64,000 nt of DNA from a virus (Duplodnaviria; Heunggongvirae; Uroviricota; Caudoviricetes). A model generated the notes under the pieces. That model was given only the letters and a program-made list of their open reading frames with translations. It searched no databases and was not told the DNA's origin. The stretch spans positions 64,001 to 128,000 of the IMG/VR virus record IMGVR_UViG_3300010882_000011; one strand, given 5' to 3'. Below are positions 51,329 through 60,609 of the stretch, piece by piece (positions within the stretch are counted from its first letter, which is position 1; each line of letters begins with the position of its first letter). The position numbers and the translations under genes were made by a program.

Positions 51329-53317
51329 TTAATGAATTCAGCAATCTCCAACCTGAACATCAGCGCCCAATTTAATATTGGTACAGAATACAGCTCCTGC
51401 TCTTTCCATACAGTCAACTAAGACTCTGGACATTTCGTCAGCTATTTCTTCTGGAGATTCTATGTTTATTTCGTCATGAGCAGGTATAGTGAACTTCACT
51501 TTAAATAGAAGATCATTTTGTATTAAATAATCATACAAGAATATACAGGCATACTTAAACATAAGTGCGCCACAGCCTTGAATACGATAGTTGATACTTT
51601 GTTTTTCACTTTCTGCTCATCTTCTTGCAAGTTTTCTTACATCTTGCACTGTTGGACAATCTGGATCCATTTCTTTCAGTCCTCTGTAGGTTTCCCAAAA
51701 GCCAGATTCATTCTGCCGTTTCTGCATTCGTTTCAACTCCTCAAAGTCATAGATATATGCTTTGTGTCCAGTTATTGGGCTCAATTCGATAAATCCCTTT
51801 TGCCGAACCTCCTTTCTTGCCCATTTCTGGTAGTCACGGAGACCAGAGAAACCTTCCATATATTTATCATATACTTCTTTTGCTCATGCTGCACTAATAC
51901 CATAGTTTCTTACTAAAGTACTATCCTGTCCACCATAATTAAAGGCAAATTCATATCCTTTTGCTTCCTGACGAAGATGTTTATATTTGGTTTTTATTTC
52001 CTCTAGTGGAAAATCGTTTGGTATTTCATCAAATACCATCCTAGCAGTTAGACTATGTAAGTCTCCAGAACCGTGAATGAGTTCATAAAGCATAGCCTCA
52101 TCATTAGAGATCGATGCCATGATAACACTCTCCTGACCTTGATAGTCAGCAGAAATTCACTTATGACCCTTCTCTGCAACGAAACATGCTCTGGTTGTAG
52201 CATCTCTTGGCAAGTTTTGTAAGTTTGGATCTGAAGAACTTAACCGTCCAGTATCTGCACCTAATTGCCAGAAATTCGCATGGATTCTTCCAGTCTTTGG
52301 GTTGATTAAATCCAGAAACTTTTCTCCGAATGTTCCTACCAAAATAGCTGCCTTCTTATATCCTATAAATATGGGTATGAGAGGGCTTTTTTCTTTCTGT
52401 GGCTCAATTACTTTGATATCCACAGACTTTTTCATTTTCTTAGTTACTTTGTCTAATGTGTTGACATTTATCCCAAGTTGTTCAAATAATGGAATAACTT
52501 GTTTAGAGCTTTTCCAGTTAATGTTACACTTTGGTCTTGTGTCAAATCCAGAGAATAAATCTCCCTGAATATTAACTGTTACAAATTTTCCTCCGACATT
52601 TTCCTCTACTCAAGCATTAAGCTCATTAACTCTTTCTTCACAAGTATCAGAGTCGTCAGTCATTTTTGCACGTCATTTATTAGTATCGACCTTTGTTCCA
52701 CAAAACTCAAAATAAGCAAGTGGTTTCACAAAATGATTTTCAACTTTAATAGCATTAAGAAGCCCTTGTTCTGCAAGTTTTTCTTCTTGTTTTTCTTTAA
52801 TTTTTTCCAGATATTTAACATCTAATGCAGCATATTCTACTACATTTTCAGTTAATCCTTTATCAATAATTTGACCACGTACCGTCTTATCTAATTCAAT
52901 TCCTAGATAATTCATACCAGCTGCTTTTAAATTCATTTCATGCATACCAGGTGGATAACCTAGCCACAATAGTTTTTCAGCCAAGAATCCGTCCCAAATT
53001 TTCTTCGGCACTATTCCCTGCTTAAATAAGAATTTTAAGTCAAACTTCGCATTTCAAAATAGAAATGTTCTATTGGATTCTAAATAAGGTTTGTATCGTT
53101 GTATATCAACAGTCAAGCAATCAATAACTATCTGGAAATCATAACAACCTAACTGAAGGGATAAGAGTTTCTTTGTATAAACATCAAATCCCTCAGTTTC
53201 AGTATCCGTTCCAACTGTCTTCAAAGATTCTAACATCTCTAGAGACTTTTCTACTGATATAATTTCGTACATCGTAGATTTTAATAGTTGGGGTGCATTA
53301 GTTACTAGGTAAATCAT
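51329..53317 (-). CDS. polA: Family A DNA polymerase with 3'-5' exonuclease, 662 aa (7 TGA=Trp)
   Basis: Six fragments in one frame; DTETEG exonuclease motif, TGRLSSSDPNLQN, ADYQGQE, RQEAKGYEFAFNYG, AHDE; ends GDCWIH*. Confidence 0.92.
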
Positions 53318-53701
53318 TTAATTTCACATGGTTTTACACTCCTTGCATTCTAAATAAATAGTTTCATAGCAATCGTTATAATGTACTATAAGACTATTGC
53401 TGAAGCAAGTGGGGCAATGGGTACTAGTTGGGTCGATGTATGTTTGTTCAAATACATCAGGTTTGCAAGGATAGAATTCACCCTTTATTCCTTTAATAAC
53501 AAAGTCTCCTTCCGATAACATATAGCTGCATCCTTCAAGAGTATCTATGCAGTAACCCACATAATCAGTGCAAGTGCAAGAGTCTACACGCGGAACTGGT
53601 ATTAATTTGTCTCCGCAAAACTCTTTTATTTCGTCAAAATTAGAACCAGTACATTGAATAGCTTCAATTGTTACTGGTTTTTTCTTATATTGTTTAACCA
53701 T
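53318..53701 (-). CDS. Conserved phage protein (KKPVxIEA...GEFYPCKPD family) with C-terminal CxxC...CxxC extension, 127 aa
   Basis: Motifs YKKKPVTIEAIQ, TLEG, GDFVIKGIKGEFYPCKPDVF; reads through TGA 53324 to TAA abutting the polA ATG. Confidence 0.7.
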
Positions 53702-53997
53702 TATAGTTCCTGTATTGTTAGTACTTCTACACTATAACTATCAAAAACCATATCTGCAAGAACTGGATGTTCTGTTTCTATGGCTATTTTGATAGTCTCG
53801 TGTAATCTTCAGAAATCAGAATCAAATTCTTCATATTGCATTGGGGCTGGTATAGAAATTGAGTATTTCTCTATATCAGATACAAACCTATAGCCAGCAA
53901 TATAAAGAGTTATTTGGTACGTAGCTTGGTAATCTCTGTCATTTCATGGTGCACCAATCATCGAATCAGTTACACCAGGTGGGAGATTACCATTCAT
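53701..53997 (-). CDS. Hypothetical protein, 98 aa (NLPPG...GAPWN motif; TGA=Trp x2)
   Basis: Fills the gap between flanking genes; TAATG coupling; absent from the ORF track. Confidence 0.65.
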
Positions 53998-54298
53998 CCT
54001 TATCATCTGGATCAGCATCGTAATCACGATTTTCATCGTGTTCTCTTACATAGTATGAAAGCCAGTCCTCACGTTCTTCATTGAATATATCAATTGCTTC
54101 CTCTTCATCAACCCCATCATCTTCCATGATTTCATCAATGCCTCTAATACCATGTAATCCTATGTAAGACTCGTATGTTTCGCAGGCACATTCCCATGCA
54201 TAGTTTTCAGCATCAGCTTCTGACTCAAACTCTATAGTATCAATGTAATCCACTGATCCAAGAGTTTCGTATAATCCAGCGTATATTCTATATTTCAT
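53987..54298 (-). CDS. Highly acidic hypothetical protein, 103 aa
   Basis: 35 Asp/Glu versus 7 Lys/Arg. Confidence 0.7.
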   Translation of the reverse strand: MKYRIYAGLYETLGSVDYIDTIEFESEADAENYAWECACETYESYIGLHGIRGIDEIMEDDGVDEEEAIDIFNEEREDWLSYYVREHDENRDYDADPDDKDEW

Positions 54299-54467
54299 TT
54301 GTTTTCCTTAAATCAACATTGCTTAATCAAACCATGTTCACAAAATATGAAGATGATCCAAAATCTTCTAATCCTTTATCATCATTAATCAGATAAGAAT
54401 TTTGTTCAAACCCTTCGATCTCCATTAACTGTTGAACGAAGGGTCATTGTATTGGTACGAAACTCAT
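54288..54467 (-). CDS. Hypothetical protein, 59 aa (QWPFVQQLM motif; TGA=Trp x2)
   Basis: TAATG-coupled start; ends TAG; absent from the ORF track. Confidence 0.6.
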
Positions 54468-54778
54468 TATTCTTCTGTTACGTCTGTTATAGTATAGTTT
54501 CCGTAATAAGCACTTCCACTAAACCTAAACTTAACGTTATGATATTCAAAGAAGTGATTAAACATTAAAGTCCAGTTATTGAATTCAATGTCTTTTTCGT
54601 GTACCTCAATACCTAATTGCCAAAATGCTTTGTATATAGTTCAAATACAAGCTTCATTAATTTCCAGAGCTTTTTCTGGCTTAAAGGCTGTTGTCCCACT
54701 GGCAATTAGGAACGAAGTTATTTCGTTTTGTAGGCATTCTCTACCATTGCTGAATGCCTGTTTATTTGTTAATCCCAT
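54467..54778 (-). CDS. Hypothetical protein, 103 aa (one TGA=Trp)
   Basis: ATG 54778 directly after the upstream stop; TGA 54641; TAA overlaps the next ATG. Confidence 0.6.
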
Positions 54779-54780
54779 AA

Positions 54781-54990
54781 TTATGCTACCCAAATTATTA
54801 TCATTTCATTATCTTGACAGCAAAACTGTCTTCGTGTTACATGCATGTATGCAGGAGTATGTCCACAAACATAGACTTCATCTCCAACGTTTGGAATCAT
54901 CATAGTATTATCAGTTTGATATATACTATTTTTACTAAGTGATATTCCTCCATACATAAAGTGAATTTTGTATTGTTTAGAAGTCTCCAT
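54781..54990 (-). CDS. Hypothetical protein, 69 aa (IPxVG motif)
   Basis: ORF packed between neighbours. Confidence 0.6.
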   Translation of the reverse strand: METSKQYKIHFMYGGISLSKNSIYQTDNTMMIPNVGDEVYVCGHTPAYMHVTRRQFCCQDNEMIIIWVA

Positions 54991-55882
54991 AATATACCTG
55001 ACAACAAAGTAAACCTAAATCTCTCCACATATCTACTACTTTTTGTCGATCATCAAAGACACACAAAACATTGTATTTTCCTTCAATATGTTTTTCGTAT
55101 AATTCTTTCTTTATAATTGCATCATTACGGTGATCACCGTACTCTCGCATATAAAGATCAAATTCTAAATAGGGTAGGTGTTTCTTTAACCAATTGAAGG
55201 TGTCCGCATAGCAATTTGGTACACATTCTCTTCCAGAAAAGAAAATTAGCTTTGTATTTGTGTCTTTGATCATTCGGCTAAGCAAATAAGATAAACGAAT
55301 ATCTTCTTTATCAGTTGATACTCGTGTATAATCATACGGACTACGACCAGTTCTAAGGGCCAGAGTTCCGTCTATATCACATATTACACAATCATTATCA
55401 ATACCCATACACGGATTTATCATTTTACGTGTATCAACAAACCTTTCATCAACAATAGGTTCACTTGGAAAATATTTTCGGAAAAATCTTTCTAACACCT
55501 TCTTACCAACAGCACGTTTTCCTTCCTTTTCACGCTTTGTATCGCGTTCTAAGGCCGTTTTCCAATCGACTTCAAACAGTTTAAACTCGATATCACAATC
55601 GTGATGATTTGCATAAAGTCTCCATTTATCAATTGTTTTAGGATTTAAGTTTGTAGCATCAATGATAACGCTTAATCCGTCACTAAGTGCAGCAGTTACT
55701 TGGAAGTCTTCAACACTAGTAATATAATCCTCCCTTTCGGGAACCCAATATATACCACTTGCTTCACGGATTTCGTCTCGTGATACAATCACGTAACTTT
55801 TATCCTTTGCCGCTAGCTCTCTAGCAAAGGTGCTCTTGCCAGAAGCAGGAACACCTTGTAATACTAATATTTTATTCTTCAT
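54977..55882 (-). CDS. Polynucleotide kinase-phosphatase (T4 PseT/Pnkp-like), 301 aa
   Basis: GVPASGKST P-loop kinase plus HAD phosphatase DIDGT and FDDR motifs. Confidence 0.85.
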   Translation of the reverse strand: MKNKILVLQGVPASGKSTFARELAAKDKSYVIVSRDEIREASGIYWVPEREDYITSVEDFQVTAALSDGLSVIIDATNLNPKTIDKWRLYANHHDCDIEFKLFEVDWKTALERDTKREKEGKRAVGKKVLERFFRKYFPSEPIVDERFVDTRKMINPCMGIDNDCVICDIDGTLALRTGRSPYDYTRVSTDKEDIRLSYLLSRMIKDTNTKLIFFSGRECVPNCYADTFNWLKKHLPYLEFDLYMREYGDHRNDAIIKKELYEKHIEGKYNVLCVFDDRQKVVDMWRDLGLLCCQVYYGDF

Positions 55883-57284
55883 TGTCTTCTCCTTCTTGTG
55901 TTTCCATGTCAATTACACCTTTGTCCAAATTTTCAGTTTCTTTTCTTAAGAAAGCTAATGATTTGAGTTTGTAAGCCTCGAAATTAGGTTGATCAACTCT
56001 TAATACAACCCCTTCTCTTGGAACTTTGTTGTAACAATATAAACAGTTCATTTCTAAATAATCATCTGTTAGATGTTTCAGAAATGCTTCTCTCATGCTT
56101 TCAAAGCTTTCCCATTCGGTTTCTCTGTTGCAAAGGTAGCTATCCACAGTTCCATAGAATATTTCTCTAACTGGCATTAATCCAATTCTTTCGCAATACT
56201 GTCGTAAGTTTACTGCTGACATTTCAGTTACAACTCCATCAACATTCGTTTGCGTAATACGATAGACGACTATTTTAAATAGATTTGCATCAAGCATTTG
56301 CTGTGGTGTCATTTTGTTATAATCGTAGATTTTTGGGAAATACTCACATCCATAGTCATATTCCTTCTGAAGCATTCCTCCGTTAGGCAAGTAACCAACT
56401 ACTTCAGCATAGATGGTCATTCCTTTCTTAAGATGTGGTCTTATTAATTCTAAAGTAATACCCCAGATATCTACATCGCCATAAAATCCAGATCCTAATG
56501 ATTTATTCAATTCAGGATCTTTAATTACTTTACGAGATGCAGAGAATATTTGGTACTTTGTATCAACAATATTAACCTTAATAAGTTTAAGAAACTTTTC
56601 AAATATAGAAAGTTTCTTTTTTACAAGTAGATTGCAATAGATAGCTGATGTTCCGTGCCATTTGTCAGAGATATGGATTAATGTTTCTGGATTGAACTTG
56701 TGTAAGTTCTTTTTTAATTGAGCAGTATCATCATGAAATCTGAATTGTTCTTCGACAATCACGTCTTCGTATTTCCTTTCCTTCTTTCTGTTTTTACCTC
56801 CAGTTCCAGGTTGACCTGGAGTACGAGAGTGCTTAGGAATATATTTCTTCACAAATTGATAGTCATTAATCACATCAAATTCAGTCCCAACTAATGCATC
56901 TATGTTTTTCGGTAGATCCATAAGTGGTAGTAAAGAAGAAATAGGCATTACAAATCCCTCAGAATCAAAGTCTCGAAGTCTAACACAACGTACACGTCTA
57001 TTCTTTTCAAAATATCCTCCTTTACAGGTAGTGTCGCGATTGAGATTACCTTCTGAGGTTACTCTGTATAAGTTATTACAGTGTAAATAATCGTGGTGTA
57101 TTTCACACTCAGTAGGAAAGTAGATGAATATCCCTGGTTCTGTATCAATACCCACAGAGATCACAAATCCATCTACTGTAGCTAATTTCATTCTATCAGC
57201 ATTTGGATGTGGTTTAAATGAATCAATTCTTGCTATTTTGGCAAGATAATTCGGGTTTGCGTTTTTACTTATCGTTAGGTTCAT
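55872..57284 (-). CDS. RNA ligase (DRB0094/Rnl2-like with N-terminal OB-like domain), 470 aa
   Basis: HPNADRMKLA N-terminus, motif I DKWHGTS, YAEVVG, REGVVLR...YKLKS. Confidence 0.8.
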   Translation of the reverse strand: MNLTISKNANPNYLAKIARIDSFKPHPNADRMKLATVDGFVISVGIDTEPGIFIYFPTECEIHHDYLHCNNLYRVTSEGNLNRDTTCKGGYFEKNRRVRCVRLRDFDSEGFVMPISSLLPLMDLPKNIDALVGTEFDVINDYQFVKKYIPKHSRTPGQPGTGGKNRKKERKYEDVIVEEQFRFHDDTAQLKKNLHKFNPETLIHISDKWHGTSAIYCNLLVKKKLSIFEKFLKLIKVNIVDTKYQIFSASRKVIKDPELNKSLGSGFYGDVDIWGITLELIRPHLKKGMTIYAEVVGYLPNGGMLQKEYDYGCEYFPKIYDYNKMTPQQMLDANLFKIVVYRITQTNVDGVVTEMSAVNLRQYCERIGLMPVREIFYGTVDSYLCNRETEWESFESMREAFLKHLTDDYLEMNCLYCYNKVPREGVVLRVDQPNFEAYKLKSLAFLRKETENLDKGVIDMETQEGEDNEE

Positions 57285-57552
57285 ACCAGCTGTTTACTAC
57301 TTTATGATAATTATGGTCAATACTACTCTGGCCAAGCAGAAAAGCTTCCCAAAGTAATACCTCTAACGGAGATGGGTGATCTTCGTTATCAAATATTTCA
57401 TTTATTTTGTTGTAGGTTTCATTGTTTCCGTAGCAATCTAGATCACTTAACCACTCTGTGAAGTGTATATCTTCGTGAAAGGAAGAAAGAAGGCCAACAT
57501 TAGGACCTCTCATGATTCTTTTTTGAAAGTCTGTTATAGGTTTATTTTCCAT
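57265..57552 (-). CDS. Hypothetical protein, 95 aa
   Basis: ORF overlapping both neighbours. Confidence 0.6.
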   Translation of the reverse strand: MENKPITDFQKRIMRGPNVGLLSSFHEDIHFTEWLSDLDCYGNNETYNKINEIFDNEDHPSPLEVLLWEAFLLGQSSIDHNYHKVVNSWYEPNDK

Positions 57553-58153
57553 GTAATTGTTGTGTAAAAATTGTTTTTAAATCCTGATAAAGTACTGGTT
57601 TGAAATTATTATTATCAACTCCAACATCATAACTTGGTAAAGGTCTATTAGCGATATAATCAACATCAAGTTGTTTGGTTGATAATGGAGAAGTGTGTGA
57701 ATGTCCGAAACAGTGATATACTCCATTCCATTGTCCTGGCCATGAGGTCATACAATAGTGAAACAAACAGAAATTAGTGTAAGTTTCTGTTTCCTCCTCC
57801 CATATAGAAAGATAAACTATATCATCAACAGATTCAAACCCATCATGATATATCTCATCTGGCCTATCATGGTTTCCTAGAATTAAGTACTTCTTCCCAT
57901 TCAGGTTATCTAAGTGCTTTTTCCATTCTTTCTTACTGCCAAAACAGAAGTCTCCTAAAACAAAAACGAGGTCATCGTTTGTGACAACCTCGTTCCAGTT
58001 CGTAGTAAGAGCCTCGTTCATCTCTTGACGAGATATAAAAGGTCTGTTGCAGTATTTGGTAATATTAAAATGAGAAAAATGTAAATCACTTGTAAAGAAT
58101 ACATTGCCTGTAAATTCTTTAGGTATTGTTATCCTCTTCATAGTTATGTTCAA
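57542..58153 (-). CDS. Calcineurin-like metallophosphoesterase
   Basis: SDLHF, LGDF, GNHD, GHSH motifs; exact start uncertain. Confidence 0.85.
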   Translation of the reverse strand: MNITMKRITIPKEFTGNVFFTSDLHFSHFNITKYCNRPFISRQEMNEALTTNWNEVVTNDDLVFVLGDFCFGSKKEWKKHLDNLNGKKYLILGNHDRPDEIYHDGFESVDDIVYLSIWEEETETYTNFCLFHYCMTSWPGQWNGVYHCFGHSHTSPLSTKQLDVDYIANRPLPSYDVGVDNNNFKPVLYQDLKTIFTQQLHGK

Positions 58154-58694
58154 ATAAGTATTCTATAGTTTCTTGCCATTCCCTGTATTTTTTAACAGCT
58201 TCATCGTATTCATCCCAGTATTCTGGTTTTAAGTAGTTTTGTTGTAGTGTAAAATATGAAGTTCCTATATTGTCTTTGTTATAGGTAGTCCACTTTCCCT
58301 CCGCCTTCATTGTTTCAAATAAGTCACCTGGTTTTTCACCATGTAGGTAACTTAATATGCTTGTCCAATAATGATCAGAACTTTCGTGTTCAGAATGTGG
58401 CCAATATTTCCACCAGTAAAAGCACAGCCCAAAGAAGACAATGCCGAATGTTGGAGGAAATTCATAGCGGAAATCATAACTAGTCCATTTTGTTTTGTAG
58501 AACAAATCCCAGTTAAAGATATAAAAACTTAACCAGATTGGAAGGTTAAATGATTTTCCAAAGATTTTGATATAATTCCCCCTTCTCCATATAGGTAAGC
58601 CTGGACTCTTTCTCCATCTTCCGAAGAAGAATGCGTTTTTCGGAGCTACAAAGACATCCTTTACCTTGTTGTAAGTTTTATTTATTTTTATCAT
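58119..58694 (-). CDS. Trp/Phe/Tyr-rich hypothetical protein, 191 aa
   Basis: 12 Trp, all TGG. Confidence 0.65.
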   Translation of the reverse strand: MIKINKTYNKVKDVFVAPKNAFFFGRWRKSPGLPIWRRGNYIKIFGKSFNLPIWLSFYIFNWDLFYKTKWTSYDFRYEFPPTFGIVFFGLCFYWWKYWPHSEHESSDHYWTSILSYLHGEKPGDLFETMKAEGKWTTYNKDNIGTSYFTLQQNYLKPEYWDEYDEAVKKYREWQETIEYLFEHNYEEDNNT

Positions 58695-58713
58695 TGTTTT
58701 TGATTTTATTCAT

Positions 58714-58795
58714 TTTTAGACGTTCTGGGAGACTTTGTGTCGATCTGGACCTGTCCCTCATGTTGGTACTCAAAGTCCCGCCAGAGTGCCTAAAA
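58714..58795 (-). ncRNA. Candidate structured intergenic RNA/DNA element
   Basis: 56% GC over 58721-58790; 14-bp plus 8-bp interrupted stem whose G-U pairs favour the - strand. Confidence 0.45.
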
Positions 58796-58820
58796 TCAAA
58801 TGAAAAGTGTATAATTTTTT

Positions 58821-59081
58821 CTATTTTGAGATGATTTCCCAAAGGTCATTAAACGAAATATCAGTTTGCTTAAAGAGATATTCCTCTATTAGTTCTTGGT
58901 TTTTTTCTCCAAATATATGTCCAATTAATTTGAATATAACATAATTAACATTGGAGTAGTAACTACATTCCTGTGAATCTATATCTACACCTACTACAGA
59001 TAACCTTTCCTTAATTTCTTCAGAATTTTGGTATGCCCGTAGAATTAGTAGAAATTCCTCTTTAGTCATTGTCGTCTTCAT
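58821..59081 (-). CDS. Hypothetical protein, 86 aa
   Basis: ORF overlapping the DNA ligase stop. Confidence 0.6.
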   Translation of the reverse strand: MKTTMTKEEFLLILRAYQNSEEIKERLSVVGVDIDSQECSYYSNVNYVIFKLIGHIFGEKNQELIEEYLFKQTDISFNDLWEIISK

Positions 59082-60243
59082 ATCTTACGTATTTGAATAT
59101 CGGTAAATTTGGTACTCCATCTGGTGTAAAGCCAAAGAATTTTACTGTACCTTGTTGTCCGATTATGTTGTTCATGTTTTTTCTGTATTCCTGTTTCAAA
59201 GCTCTATCGCCAATTGGCTTAGCTTCAAATGATCTTCCGTTAGGAGCTTGTAATTGAAATACAAAATCCTCCTCACGGAGACCTTCAACCATTCCAGTGA
59301 TGAGAAACTCATCATCCTGAAACATTTTAATTTTTATCATGCGGTTATCTCGCTTTCCAAATCCATATTCCTTATTAGGATTACGGATTATACAACCTTC
59401 ATATCCTTCCTTCACATATTTATCATGTAAGTGATCAATATCACTCCATGATGTAGTTTTTACATGTTCGCATACAACTATTTTGTCAGAGTCCTCAAAT
59501 ACATCTTGCATTTCTTCCAAAAGTGCAAGTCTTTCAGTAAATGGAACATCAGGAATAGCTATATCAAACACGTAGTATTTCAAATCACAGTGATGTGCTT
59601 CAAGTGTAATTTTTCTACATAATCCAGAAATATATGGTAATGGTAAACCATGAATATACAATTCACCATCTAATACAATGTCTGGATAAGATTGCATGAA
59701 TTCTATTAGTTTGGGATCTTGAAGAATATGTGTAGATGGAATATCATAATTGCCTCCACCTCTTGATGAAGTTTTCAACTCATCATCCTGCATTTTCATC
59801 ATCATGCGTACTCCATCGAGCTTTCGGCTACAATAATGCTCTTTCTCAAATGTAGAGAGAGCGACATCATTATAAGATTTACATTGCATTGGCTTCTGGA
59901 AGCCTGCTTGATCTGTAACCTCCTGTGGAAATACTTCGTTTGGATCAAATTCATCTAATGATGAATATCCAAAATCTTGTATATCCTTATATCCTTTATC
60001 AAGATATTTTTTAATATGAGAATTATATTCCAGATCAATTTGTTCGGCTAAAGTTCTTTTAGCTTTACCTTTGTTAACTTCGATTAGTGGTTGCTCAGTA
60101 ATTTTACCTCCAAGTTGAGAGGTTTTCCTGATGATTATAAATGAATGTAGTGCTTCATTCCACTGATAACAGATATCTACAACTCTAATCTTTCCTTTGC
60201 TGTCTCGTGTAATTAGTATATTATTCATTCTCAATGGGTTCAA
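59062..60243 (-). CDS. ATP-dependent DNA ligase
   Basis: SRKLDGVR, VLDGELY, YEGCIIR, IKIKMFQDDEF, VKFF...G.P..P OB motifs. Confidence 0.9.
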   Translation of the reverse strand: MNPLRMNNILITRDSKGKIRVVDICYQWNEALHSFIIIRKTSQLGGKITEQPLIEVNKGKAKRTLAEQIDLEYNSHIKKYLDKGYKDIQDFGYSSLDEFDPNEVFPQEVTDQAGFQKPMQCKSYNDVALSTFEKEHYCSRKLDGVRMMMKMQDDELKTSSRGGGNYDIPSTHILQDPKLIEFMQSYPDIVLDGELYIHGLPLPYISGLCRKITLEAHHCDLKYYVFDIAIPDVPFTERLALLEEMQDVFEDSDKIVVCEHVKTTSWSDIDHLHDKYVKEGYEGCIIRNPNKEYGFGKRDNRMIKIKMFQDDEFLITGMVEGLREEDFVFQLQAPNGRSFEAKPIGDRALKQEYRKNMNNIIGQQGTVKFFGFTPDGVPNLPIFKYVRYEDDND

Positions 60244-60457
60244 ACTCGGTAGAAATAATTCTTTCCTCTACAGGTAGTAATTCGTTACCAAATTGACCTT
60301 CCCTTTCTCCCCACTTCTTAGCTTCTTGAACTATAAACTGAAGATCATCTTGGTCAATCTGGTTATACCTCGCTACTTTATCAAGTATTTCTCTTGTTTT
60401 CTGCTTTGGAGAACCATTCTCTTTGAAGTTAGATAAGGTTTCGTATTTATAAGGCAT
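60221..60457 (-). CDS. Hypothetical protein, 78 aa
   Basis: ORF overlapping neighbours. Confidence 0.6.
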   Translation of the reverse strand: MPYKYETLSNFKENGSPKQKTREILDKVARYNQIDQDDLQFIVQEAKKWGEREGQFGNELLPVEERIISTEFEPIENE

Positions 60458-60608
60458 TTTCAGTAGGTTTATATTTCCTCCTCTTGTATCTCTTTTTAGA
60501 TTCTACAATATTGGAGTAATTGATTGATTTGCCATGAAGTTCAAATTCCTCTTCTCTTGCTTTACGTTTAGCTACTTTCATGGCATCTTTTATGCGATTT
60601 CTTTTCAT
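60447..60608 (-). CDS. Small basic hypothetical protein, 53 aa
   Basis: MKRNRIKDAMKVAKRKAREEEFELHGK...; fills the gap; below the track cutoff. Confidence 0.6.
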   Translation of the reverse strand: MKRNRIKDAMKVAKRKAREEEFELHGKSINYSNIVESKKRYKRRKYKPTENAL

Positions 60609-60609
60609 G

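Noticed and set aside
5414-53317. Fragmented ORFs read as pseudogenes or assembly errors
   Set aside because: All breaks are in-frame TGA with no frameshifts, catalytic motifs are intact, and the reconstructed genes abut through TAATG overlaps
58714-58795. tRNA, suppressor tRNA or HDV-like/theta, hammerhead ribozyme
   Set aside because: No cloverleaf or TTC-RA loop, no CUGAnGA/GAAA core, and no GG after the putative P1 for P1.1 by eye; kept only as an unassigned structure
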